The position numbers were made by a program, and so were the translations under genes. A stretch of DNA of 32,000 nucleotides from an uncultured Bacilli bacterium (GTDB taxonomy: Bacteria; Bacillota_I; Bacilli_A; RF39; UBA660), in NCBI GenBank assembly GCA_934101595.1, contig CAKORR010000004.1:99050-131049 (forward strand). The letters are read 5' to 3'. Positions 14,879-22,471 of the stretch are shown one piece after another. The notes under the pieces were generated by a model. It was not told the origin of the DNA and ran no database searches. It saw only the letters and a program-made list of their open reading frames with translations. The stretch's first letter is position 1; each line of letters starts with the position of its first letter.

Positions 14879-16405
14879 ATGAAATATGATATAACAGTAT
14901 TAAAAAGAAAAATGCTTGTTAAATATCCTTTTTTTGGGAGTGTAGTAGCAAGTGTAGATTATAAAGAAAACGAGGATATTCCAACCGCAGGCACAGATGG
15001 AGAAACAATTTACTATAATCCTAAATATTTAGAAAGTTTAAGTGTTGAAGAACAAACTTTTATATTTGCTCATGAAGTATGTCATATTGCATTTAATCAT
15101 ATCTTAAGAAGTGAAGGCAAAGATCCAGAGTTATGGAATATTGCTACAGATGGTGTTATTAATCAGTTTTTAAAACGAGACGGATTAAAAATGACTCTGG
15201 GTGGTGTTGATATGGCAGAAGCTATTAATTACGATGCTGAACAGTTATATGACAAACTATTACAAGAAAAACAACAAAGACAACAACAAAATGGACAAGG
15301 TAATAGTCAAAGCGAACAAGGTAATCATCAACAAAATCAACAACAAAGCAGTGGTAGTAGTCAAGGCGAAAATGGTCAACAACAATCTCAATCACAACAG
15401 CAAACTGGCGATTCACAAAATCAAGAAGACCAGAAACAAGATAGTAAAGCAGGACAAAGTGGAGATGAACAGCAACAATCTCAACAACAAAATAGTTCTA
15501 ATAGTGGAAATTCACAAGAAGAAGATAAATCAAAGCAAGATGTTGGCCATGATACTCACAGTATGTGGGAGAAAGCAGTTAAAAAGCACAAGGAGCAGCA
15601 AGAAAAATCTGATAAAAAAGAGAGCTTATTAGATAAACTTTTAGGAAAAGATACAAAAGAAAAAGAAACAACTGAACTTGAAAAGAAACAGGAAGAACTT
15701 GAAAGTATGGGAGAAAAAGATGCTTTTAAAAAGAATCTTGAAATAAAAAAGAAACAACTGGAAGACTTAAAAGAAGAAATATCTAAAGAAGCTTCGCAGG
15801 CAGGCATATCAACGAATAGAGATATTAGAACAGTTAATGATATAGGTACTGCTAAACCACTAATTGATTGGAGATATATTTTAAAAGAATCTATTATGTA
15901 TGATGTTGATTGGTCATATAAAAATGCTACATTAGAAGATGGAGTTGTTACTGCTAATTTAGAAGAACAACCAATGCCGGAAACTGAAATTGTTCTTGAT
16001 ACAAGTGGCTCAGTAAATGAAGTATTATTAAATAACTTTTTAAGGGAATGTAAGAATATATTACAACATACTAAATTAAAAGTAGGATGTTTTGACACAG
16101 AATTTTATGGATTTCATGAAATTAGAACAGAAGAAGATATAGAAAATATGAGATTTGAAGGTGGTGGAGGAACTGATTTTGATGTTGCTGTAGGTGCTTT
16201 TTCAAGACGAGTTCTAAATAAAATAATTTTTACTGATGGTGAAGCTCCAATGCCAGTTATGTCACTTGATGCAACCTGGATAGTTTTTGGTAGTAATAGA
16301 ATTAATCCATTAGGAGGAAACGTATTTTATATAGATAATGTAACACTCGAAAAATTAAATAACAGTGAAACGACTAGCAAATCAAAAAAAAGAATAAAAA
16401 ACTAA
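14879..16405 (+). CDS. Zn-metallopeptidase-like (HExxH) plus VWA/MIDAS protein, DUF2201-type architecture, with a long Q-rich and K/E-rich linker
   Basis: HEVCH at 15071-15085. VWA MIDAS elements LDTSGS (15998-16012), GGGGTDF and IIFTDGEAP. The start is taken as ATG 14879 (GAGGTG RBS 14867-14872) rather than the ORF-track TTG at 14855. Confidence 0.85.
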   Translation: MKYDITVLKRKMLVKYPFFGSVVASVDYKENEDIPTAGTDGETIYYNPKYLESLSVEEQTFIFAHEVCHIAFNHILRSEGKDPELWNIATDGVINQFLKRDGLKMTLGGVDMAEAINYDAEQLYDKLLQEKQQRQQQNGQGNSQSEQGNHQQNQQQSSGSSQGENGQQQSQSQQQTGDSQNQEDQKQDSKAGQSGDEQQQSQQQNSSNSGNSQEEDKSKQDVGHDTHSMWEKAVKKHKEQQEKSDKKESLLDKLLGKDTKEKETTELEKKQEELESMGEKDAFKKNLEIKKKQLEDLKEEISKEASQAGISTNRDIRTVNDIGTAKPLIDWRYILKESIMYDVDWSYKNATLEDGVVTANLEEQPMPETEIVLDTSGSVNEVLLNNFLRECKNILQHTKLKVGCFDTEFYGFHEIRTEEDIENMRFEGGGGTDFDVAVGAFSRRVLNKIIFTDGEAPMPVMSLDATWIVFGSNRINPLGGNVFYIDNVTLEKLNNSETTSKSKKRIKN

Positions 16406-16440
16406 TGTAATAAAAGGTAGATATCCATCATATACTTATA

Positions 16441-16468
16441 AAAATACTTGTACAAAGTATTTTTTTTT
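16441..16468 (+). terminator. Weak AT-rich hairpin plus T-run after the cassette
   Basis: aaaatactt (16441-16449)-gtaca-aagtatttt (16455-16463) followed by more T. Only one G-C pair, and it overlaps the -35 of the rpsB promoter. Confidence 0.35.
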
Positions 16469-16476
16469 GATAAAAT
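16448..16476 (+). promoter_or_regulatory. rpsB-tsf promoter
   Basis: TTGTAC (16448-16453), 17-nt spacer ending in TGa, TAAAAT (16471-16476). This leaves a leader of about 105 nt before ATG 16589. Confidence 0.5.
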
Positions 16477-16588
16477 AGTCATGGCTTTAAAAAGCAAATA
16501 TACATTAATACGGATTAGAAAGGCGAGTGCCGAAGAGGTGTCTTTTTAAGTTGAAGTATTAAGATGATTAACGAAGGAGGGATTTTTT

Positions 16589-17518
16589 ATGGCCGTAGTT
16601 TCTATGAGTTATTTATTAGAAGCTGGAGTTCATTTTGGACATCAAACTAAAAGATGGAATCCTAAAATGAAAGAATACATTTTTACATCTAGAGATGATA
16701 TTTATATTATCGATCTAGCAAAAACACAAGCTTTAATTGAGGAAGCTTATGAGGAAATTAAAAAGATTGCTTTAAATGGTGGAACATTCTTATTTGTTGG
16801 AACTAAAAAGCAAGCTAGTGAAGCTTCAAAAGAGGAAGCTGAAAGAAGTAATTCTTATTATGTAACTGAAAGATGGTTAGGAGGTACTTTAACAAACTTC
16901 AGAACTATCAGAAAAAGAGTTAAACGTTTAGAAGAAATCGAAACAATGGAAAACGATGGAACGTTTGAGGCACTTCCTAAAAAAGAAGTTATTGGATTAA
17001 AGAAAGAATATGAAAAATTGAATCGTGTTTTATGCGGTATAAGAAACATGACTAAACTTCCAAACGCTTTAATTATAGTTGATCCTAAAAAAGAGATTAA
17101 CGCTATTAGAGAAGCAAGAAAATTAAATATTCCAGTATTTGGAATTGTAGATACAAACTGTGATCCAGATGATGTTGATTTTGTTATTCCAGGAAATGAC
17201 GATGCAGTAAGAGCTGTTAAGGTTGTTTTAGGAGTACTTAATAATGCTATTTGTGAAGCAAATGGACTTGAAATGGTAGATTATGTTACTGAGGAAGACA
17301 AAAAAGACTCAGCAAAAGATGAAAATAAAGAAGAAAAAGTTAAGGAAACTTTGAAAAAGGAAGAAGAAATCGAAATTCCTAAAGAAGTTATTATGCAAGA
17401 AGAAAAAGAAGATTTAACTAATAAAACTTTAGCTGATTTAAAAGCATTAGCAAAAGAAGCTGGTATTAAAGGTTATTCTTCAATGAAAAAAGACGACTTA
17501 ATTAAGGCATTAAGTTAA
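16589..17518 (+). CDS. rpsB: 30S ribosomal protein S2 with a roughly 75-aa acidic C-terminal extension
   Basis: [37 protein letters not shown]. The 309-aa length is due to a K/E-rich tail ending in [29 protein letters not shown]. Confidence 0.95.
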   Translation: MAVVSMSYLLEAGVHFGHQTKRWNPKMKEYIFTSRDDIYIIDLAKTQALIEEAYEEIKKIALNGGTFLFVGTKKQASEASKEEAERSNSYYVTERWLGGTLTNFRTIRKRVKRLEEIETMENDGTFEALPKKEVIGLKKEYEKLNRVLCGIRNMTKLPNALIIVDPKKEINAIREARKLNIPVFGIVDTNCDPDDVDFVIPGNDDAVRAVKVVLGVLNNAICEANGLEMVDYVTEEDKKDSAKDENKEEKVKETLKKEEEIEIPKEVIMQEEKEDLTNKTLADLKALAKEAGIKGYSSMKKDDLIKALS

Positions 17519-17528
17519 GGAGAGAATT

Positions 17529-18410
17529 ATGGAAATAACTGCAAGTATGGTTAAAGATTTACGTGAAGCTAGTGGCGCTGGAATGATGGATTGCAAAAAA
17601 GCCCTTGCTGAATGTAATGGAGATATGAATGCATCTATAGAATGGCTAAGAGAAAAAGGTATTGCTAAGTCAGCAAAAAAAGAATCACGTATTGCTGCAG
17701 AAGGATTAGCTAACATTTTTACGAGTGATAGCAAAGCTGTAATGATTGAAGTAAATTCTGAAACTGACTTTGTAAGTAAAAATGATGAATTCAAAAACAT
17801 GATTGATACTATCGGAAACACTATTTTAAATAGTAATGCTAAAACATTAGATGAAGCTCTTCTTTTGTCTTGTGACGAAGGAACTATTAAAGATTTAATA
17901 GTTGCTAAAACTGCTAAGATTGGTGAGAAGTTATCTTTAAGAAGAATATGTGTAGTTGAAAAGAGTGCTGATGAATTCTTTGGAACTTATTTACACATGG
18001 GTGGAAAAATCGCTGCTTTAGTTTTATTAAAGGGTGGAAATGAAGGCGTTGCAAAAGATATTGCAATGCAAGTTGCAGCTATGAAACCTGAATATTTAAC
18101 AAGTAAGGATGTTCCAGCTGAAGTAGTTGAGAATGAAAGAAAAGTATTAAAAGAACAACTTCTTAATAAAGATCCTGATAAGGCAAGTAAAGCAGATTTT
18201 ATTGTTGAAGGAAAAATCAAAAAATTCTTCGAAGAAGTTTGCCTTGCTGATCAAGCATTTATTAAAGAAAATAAAATGACAGTAAATAAATATGTTACTG
18301 ATAATAATGCTGAACTTTTAAAAATGGTTCGCTATGAAGTTGGCGAAGGAATGGAAAAAAGAAATGACAACTTTGCTGAAGAAGTAATGAATCAAGTTAA
18401 AGGTAATTAA
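17529..18410 (+). CDS. tsf: Elongation factor Ts
   Basis: ITASMVKDLREASGAGMMDCKKAL (UBA-like N-terminus), SETDFVSKN, 293 aa, immediately after rpsB. Confidence 0.95.
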   Translation: MEITASMVKDLREASGAGMMDCKKALAECNGDMNASIEWLREKGIAKSAKKESRIAAEGLANIFTSDSKAVMIEVNSETDFVSKNDEFKNMIDTIGNTILNSNAKTLDEALLLSCDEGTIKDLIVAKTAKIGEKLSLRRICVVEKSADEFFGTYLHMGGKIAALVLLKGGNEGVAKDIAMQVAAMKPEYLTSKDVPAEVVENERKVLKEQLLNKDPDKASKADFIVEGKIKKFFEEVCLADQAFIKENKMTVNKYVTDNNAELLKMVRYEVGEGMEKRNDNFAEEVMNQVKGN

Positions 18411-18421
18411 TTTACAAGCAG

Positions 18422-18450
18422 TTGACATATTTTGTATAATGTGCTAAGAT
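18422..18450 (+). promoter_or_regulatory. Promoter downstream of tsf
   Basis: TTGACA (18422-18427), 17-nt spacer ending in TGc, TAAGAT (18445-18450). Confidence 0.5.
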
Positions 18451-18491
18451 AATTCCCATAAAGCAATGGGGGTTGCAGCATGAATTTGTTA

Positions 18492-18518
18492 AAGCCTATT
18501 GTTTAAATAGGCTTTTTT
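18492..18518 (+). terminator. Intrinsic-terminator-like hairpin located between the promoter and the sigma-factor start codon
   Basis: aagcctatt (18492-18500)-gttta-aataggctt (18506-18514), with the T-run continuing to 18518. GGAGG RBS at 18522-18526. Confidence 0.55.
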
Positions 18519-18531
18519 AATGGAGGTAAAT

Positions 18532-19929
18532 ATGAGTAGTATATTAAAAACAGTAGATGAATATATTAAAAAGTTTAATGCTTTACCATCTAAATATAGT
18601 GAGGTAATTAAATTTTTACATGGCTTAGATGATGTATTAAAAAATTATAGTTATGATGATTTGGCAAGATATATTTTAGATATACTAAATAAATATCCAA
18701 TTATAAAAGAGGCATTAGAAGAAGTAAGAAAGAACAAAGACATTAATAACTTTCGTGGTTTATCATTTACTAATGTAGCTTTGGATGTCACAGATGATAG
18801 TGCGATTGAAAAAAATTATTATACGAGTTCTTCAATTCAACAATATTTTCTTGATATTTCTAAGTATCCTTTACTTACTTTAGAGCAAGAAATCTATTAT
18901 GCCAAACTTAAGAGCAAAGGTGATAAAAAAGCTAGAGAGACTCTAATTACTTCCAATTTGAGATATGTAGCATTTAGAGTTTCAAAATATAATTTTAAAG
19001 AAAACGATATACTTGATTACATTCAAGCTGGGAACATTGGCCTTATGAAAGCCGTTGATAATTATGATTATCGAAAAGGTTTTAGATTAACTACTTATGC
19101 AACAGCATGGATATCCAGAGAAATTCAAGAGTGCAAGACTGGAAAAAATAGAGGAATTCATTTAAGCGTAAGAAATGATAGTCAAATTAGGAGCATGGAA
19201 AAATTAGATGAATTTTTTCAAGAAAAGTTTGGTAGAAATCCTAGAATAGATGAGTATTCAGTTCTTTTAGATTTATCAAAAGATTTTGTAAGAAGTCTTT
19301 ACAATCAAAAAAATGGAGTTAGGAGTCTAAATGACCCAATATCTAGTGATGATAATACCACGGAGTTATTGGATTTTGTAATGGATAATGAAACCAAATC
19401 TGTTGAAGATACAGTTGAAGATAATTTAAATAATAGCATTGTAAGAGAAGCTATTTTAAAAATTGATGTTCCTAAAAAAAGTAAAGATATTATTAGATAC
19501 AGATATGGTTTTGTTGATGGAAAGCCTCATACTTTGGAAGATACAGGAAGAATATATGATGTAACTAGAGAAAGAATTAGGCAAATTGAGAAAAAAACAT
19601 TAAAAAAACTTGGTAATTATTTAAAAAGCTATTATGGATATACAAGCCCTGAAATTGTTAAAAGAACCAAATCTATAAGGGAAGAGGAAAGTGATTTTAT
19701 AAATCCTTTTAGAATGTTTAAAATGTATGATAAAAAAGATGTTATAGAGGCTATTAATATGCTCTCCGACGAAGATAGAGAAATCTTAATGAGTGTTTAC
19801 GATTACAATAGAAATACTATTAATAAGAATAATATTAGTCCAGATTTTATGAAAAATTATTATTTCAATATTCTTGTGAAAATTGGTGATAATTTGCATC
19901 AAGGTATTGTATTAAAGAGGGATAAATAA
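18532..19929 (+). CDS. Sigma-70 family RNA polymerase sigma factor (SigA-like regions 1.2-4.2 with extra N- and C-terminal extensions)
   Basis: IQQYFLDISKYPLLTLEQE (region 1.2), NLRYVAFRVSKY / YIQAGNIGLMKAVDNYDYRKGFRLTTYATAWI (region 2), RYRYGFVDGKPHTLEDTGRIYDVTRERIRQIEKKTLKKL (region 4). Start taken at ATG 18532; the ORF track gives 18520. Confidence 0.8.
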   Translation: MSSILKTVDEYIKKFNALPSKYSEVIKFLHGLDDVLKNYSYDDLARYILDILNKYPIIKEALEEVRKNKDINNFRGLSFTNVALDVTDDSAIEKNYYTSSSIQQYFLDISKYPLLTLEQEIYYAKLKSKGDKKARETLITSNLRYVAFRVSKYNFKENDILDYIQAGNIGLMKAVDNYDYRKGFRLTTYATAWISREIQECKTGKNRGIHLSVRNDSQIRSMEKLDEFFQEKFGRNPRIDEYSVLLDLSKDFVRSLYNQKNGVRSLNDPISSDDNTTELLDFVMDNETKSVEDTVEDNLNNSIVREAILKIDVPKKSKDIIRYRYGFVDGKPHTLEDTGRIYDVTRERIRQIEKKTLKKLGNYLKSYYGYTSPEIVKRTKSIREEESDFINPFRMFKMYDKKDVIEAINMLSDEDREILMSVYDYNRNTINKNNISPDFMKNYYFNILVKIGDNLHQGIVLKRDK

Positions 19930-21047
19930 TGGAATTTTTTAGTAAACTAAATGAAGAACTAAGTGAAATAGTATTTAATAATGATATAGTTAGTTATCTT
20001 TCTTTGCTTGAGGAAGTTTTAAGCAATAATACTTTTGTTAATGAGTGTGATTATTTTGCTGTAATTAACGAATCAACAATTTTAAGAGATAAATTAAAAG
20101 AACTCGAAGAGTATTTAGCTCATTTTGAAAATTGTAAATTAACCATGTTAAAATTCCCTGTACTAAATGAATTATACGATACTTATCTTTTTATGTTTTC
20201 TAATGATAATCAGGATGCTTATGATGTATATAGTGTGGATGCCACTGAACAGTACTTAAAATTAATTAGAAAATATAGACTTCTTACTGCTGAAGAAGAG
20301 TATGAATTATCAAAAAAAATAGCCATGGGTGATAAAGAAGCCAGAGAAAAGTTAATAAATCATAATTTGCGACTTGTTGTAAAAATTGCTTTTCGTTTTA
20401 GAAATCACGGAAGAGATATTAGTGATTTAATCCAAGATGGTAATCTAGGACTTATAAAAGCTGCAAAATTATATGATTATACTTCCGGATGTCGTTTTTC
20501 AACCTATGCTTATAGGCAAATTTTTGCAAAAATAAGAAGAGAAATAGATAATAATAAAAATGCCATAAGAAAACCAATTTGGGCATCAGATTTGTGGAAG
20601 AAAGCCGAGGATGTTAAACGTGACTATTATGGTGAGCATCAAAAAAACTTAAGTTTAGAAGAAGTTGCTAAAATACTTAATGTTAGAGAAAGTACATTAC
20701 AATATGCATATTTAGATAATAGAAGAGTTCATATTACGGCTAAAAAAAGCGATGGCGATTTAATTGATAGTGATCCTTTATTAAATATTGCTGATCAAGG
20801 TAGTCTCTTAGAAGATAAGGTCGAACTCAAAATATTATTGGAGGAAATAAAAAATTATTTAATAATGAGCAATTTTAGTGAGAGAGATATTGATATTTAT
20901 TTTTCTTGCTTGTATGATGCGAAAAGAAAAGATTTATCAGAAAAATATGGTATAACTAGCGAAAGAGTTAGCCAAATAGATAGAAGAGTTAGCAAAAATG
21001 TTTGTATGTATTTAAAAAAAGAGCCAAAGAAGCGTTATTCAATTTGA
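19929..21047 (+). CDS. Second sigma-70 family sigma factor, translationally coupled to the first
   Basis: TAATG overlap. YLKLIRKYRLLTAEEEYELSKKIAMGDKEAREKLINHNLRLVVKIA, DLIQDGNLGLIKAAKLYDY..GCRFSTYA, region 4.2 YGITSERVSQIDRR. The conserved aromatic pair after STYA is absent (YAYRQIFAKI). Confidence 0.8.
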   Translation: MEFFSKLNEELSEIVFNNDIVSYLSLLEEVLSNNTFVNECDYFAVINESTILRDKLKELEEYLAHFENCKLTMLKFPVLNELYDTYLFMFSNDNQDAYDVYSVDATEQYLKLIRKYRLLTAEEEYELSKKIAMGDKEAREKLINHNLRLVVKIAFRFRNHGRDISDLIQDGNLGLIKAAKLYDYTSGCRFSTYAYRQIFAKIRREIDNNKNAIRKPIWASDLWKKAEDVKRDYYGEHQKNLSLEEVAKILNVRESTLQYAYLDNRRVHITAKKSDGDLIDSDPLLNIADQGSLLEDKVELKILLEEIKNYLIMSNFSERDIDIYFSCLYDAKRKDLSEKYGITSERVSQIDRRVSKNVCMYLKKEPKKRYSI

Positions 21048-21057
21048 CGCTTTTTTT
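21030..21057 (+). terminator. Terminator after the sigma pair
   Basis: aagcgt (21030-21035), 11-nt loop, acgctt (21047-21052), then a T-run to 21057. The stop codon lies in the loop. Confidence 0.5.
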
Positions 21058-21066
21058 AATCATTAA

Positions 21067-21095
21067 TTTACATGAATTTGGATTCGTGATATAAT
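21067..21095 (+). promoter_or_regulatory. Promoter for the membrane-protein genes and frr
   Basis: TTTACA (21067-21072), 17-nt spacer ending in TGa, TATAAT (21090-21095). Confidence 0.55.
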
Positions 21096-21117
21096 TGATA
21101 TACTTAGGATGTGTATT

Positions 21118-21714
21118 ATGAAGAATTTAAAAAAGAGCGAGAAAATAATTTATTTTATCTTATTTGTTATAATGATTGTGTTATTTATTGTTATTGGTAA
21201 ACATGACTTTAGTGATCCTGAAATGAATGATCATAAAAAATTTGCTGAGGAATATAATTTGGTACCTGAAAAAAACGTTTTTAAATATGCAAATAATTCG
21301 GAAACCTATGCGGCTTTAAAAAATGGTAATGTTATTGTTCTTTTTGGGTTTCCTAAAAATGCCTTTACTGCGGCATATGCAAATCTTGTTAATGAAGTTG
21401 CTCTAGAATGTAAAATAGATGAAATACTTTACTATGATTTTTATCAAGACAGAAAAAATAATAATGGAACATATGAAAGTATTGTAAATTATCTTGGAAA
21501 TTACTTGTATAAAACGGATAATAATAAAGTTGATTTAACTGCACCATCCATGGTTGTGGTTAAGGATGGATCAATAATGTATTATGATAATGAAACGTCT
21601 TATACATACCGTGATATTACCTCTGATGATTACTGGACTATGTATAATAAAGATTTAAAGAAAACAACTTTTAAAAGTGTCTTTACTAAGTATAAGGAGA
21701 ATAAAAATGGATAG
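21118..21714 (+). CDS. N-terminally membrane-anchored protein of unknown function
   Basis: Single TM segment IIYFILFVIMIVLFIVIG after a basic N-terminus. Start ATG 21118 is preferred over 21109. No catalytic motif recognised. Confidence 0.6.
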   Translation: MKNLKKSEKIIYFILFVIMIVLFIVIGKHDFSDPEMNDHKKFAEEYNLVPEKNVFKYANNSETYAALKNGNVIVLFGFPKNAFTAAYANLVNEVALECKIDEILYYDFYQDRKNNNGTYESIVNYLGNYLYKTDNNKVDLTAPSMVVVKDGSIMYYDNETSYTYRDITSDDYWTMYNKDLKKTTFKSVFTKYKENKNG

Positions 21715-22462
21715 TAGTAAAAAGAGTATATTTATGTCAATTCTGTTTTTGGTGGTTTTAATCTCACTAATTGTTGGTGGCCAGATATATGTTAATAAAC
21801 TTCAAAAGAGCGACAAAGCAAAAAGTGAAAAACATGTGTCTAATAATGATTTTCGCTTAGATAAGAAAAAAGATTACATTTATTATGAAAATGAAAAAGT
21901 AATAAGCGATGAACCAGAAATAGTTTTTACAGATGTAATTATAAATTTGAAGGGTGCAGATGTCATTAATGCTTCTTTAAAAAGTGAAATGGATAGTATA
22001 AGAAATAGTGTAGTATTGCTAAATGATAATAATAAAGATGCTAATAAAGAGTTGAAGTATTCAAAGACTAATATTTTCGAAGCTATTGAAAGAGATTATC
22101 AAACATATGAATATTTAGATTATCTAAGCTTAGTAATTAGTGATGTTAATTTTAATTGTTATGACGACTTTTCACCTAAAAGTTTAAAAGGCTATGTGAT
22201 TTTAAAAAGTGAAGGCAAAATCTTGACTGATGATGAGATACTAAAAAAGTATGATATTACCAAAGATGATATAAAAACAAGAATTTCAGCATTTTTAGAC
22301 GAAGAAATTTTAGTTAAGGGTGAAAATATTATAAAAAAGGAAGATACTTTGAATGAGCTATATAATAATTATGCATTTTATATAAAAAGTGGGGATTTGT
22401 ATATTTCTTTTATTGTCAAAACAAATTTAGTAGATTATAATGAAAATGTAAAAGTTAATTAA
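21707..22462 (+). CDS. N-terminally membrane-anchored protein of unknown function
   Basis: Start taken at ATG 21707 (AAGGAGA RBS 21694-21700, 8-nt overlap with the previous stop) rather than the ORF-track 21677. TM segment IFMSILFLVVLISLIVGG. Confidence 0.6.
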   Translation: MDSSKKSIFMSILFLVVLISLIVGGQIYVNKLQKSDKAKSEKHVSNNDFRLDKKKDYIYYENEKVISDEPEIVFTDVIINLKGADVINASLKSEMDSIRNSVVLLNDNNKDANKELKYSKTNIFEAIERDYQTYEYLDYLSLVISDVNFNCYDDFSPKSLKGYVILKSEGKILTDDEILKKYDITKDDIKTRISAFLDEEILVKGENIIKKEDTLNELYNNYAFYIKSGDLYISFIVKTNLVDYNENVKVN

Positions 22463-22471
22463 GGAGATTAT

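Noticed and set aside
15201-15632. 143-aa plus-strand ORF (N/K-rich) overlapping the VWA-peptidase gene.
   Set aside because: It is an artefact of the CAA/AAC-rich low-complexity DNA, which stays open in several frames. The main frame carries the HExxH and MIDAS motifs.
16477-16588. The roughly 105-nt rpsB leader as a riboswitch, T-box or S2 autoregulatory structure.
   Set aside because: I could not find a convincing conserved fold or specifier/T-box sequence by eye. S2 autoregulation is established for E. coli, but I cannot support a structure here.
21118-21714. Thioredoxin-like/TlpA-like fold for the first membrane protein after the sigma genes (VIVLFGFPKNAFTAAY at the position of a CXXC strand-helix).
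   Set aside because: There is no CXXC or any Cys at that position. The resemblance is only a vague beta-alpha pattern, so the protein is left as hypothetical.
21707-22462. The second membrane protein as an RsiV-like anti-sigma factor (DUF4163/DUF3298-like ectodomain).
   Set aside because: The cytoplasmic N-terminus is only about 10 residues, too short for an anti-sigma domain. The ectodomain similarity is impressionistic, and the genes are separated from the sigma pair by a terminator and a promoter.
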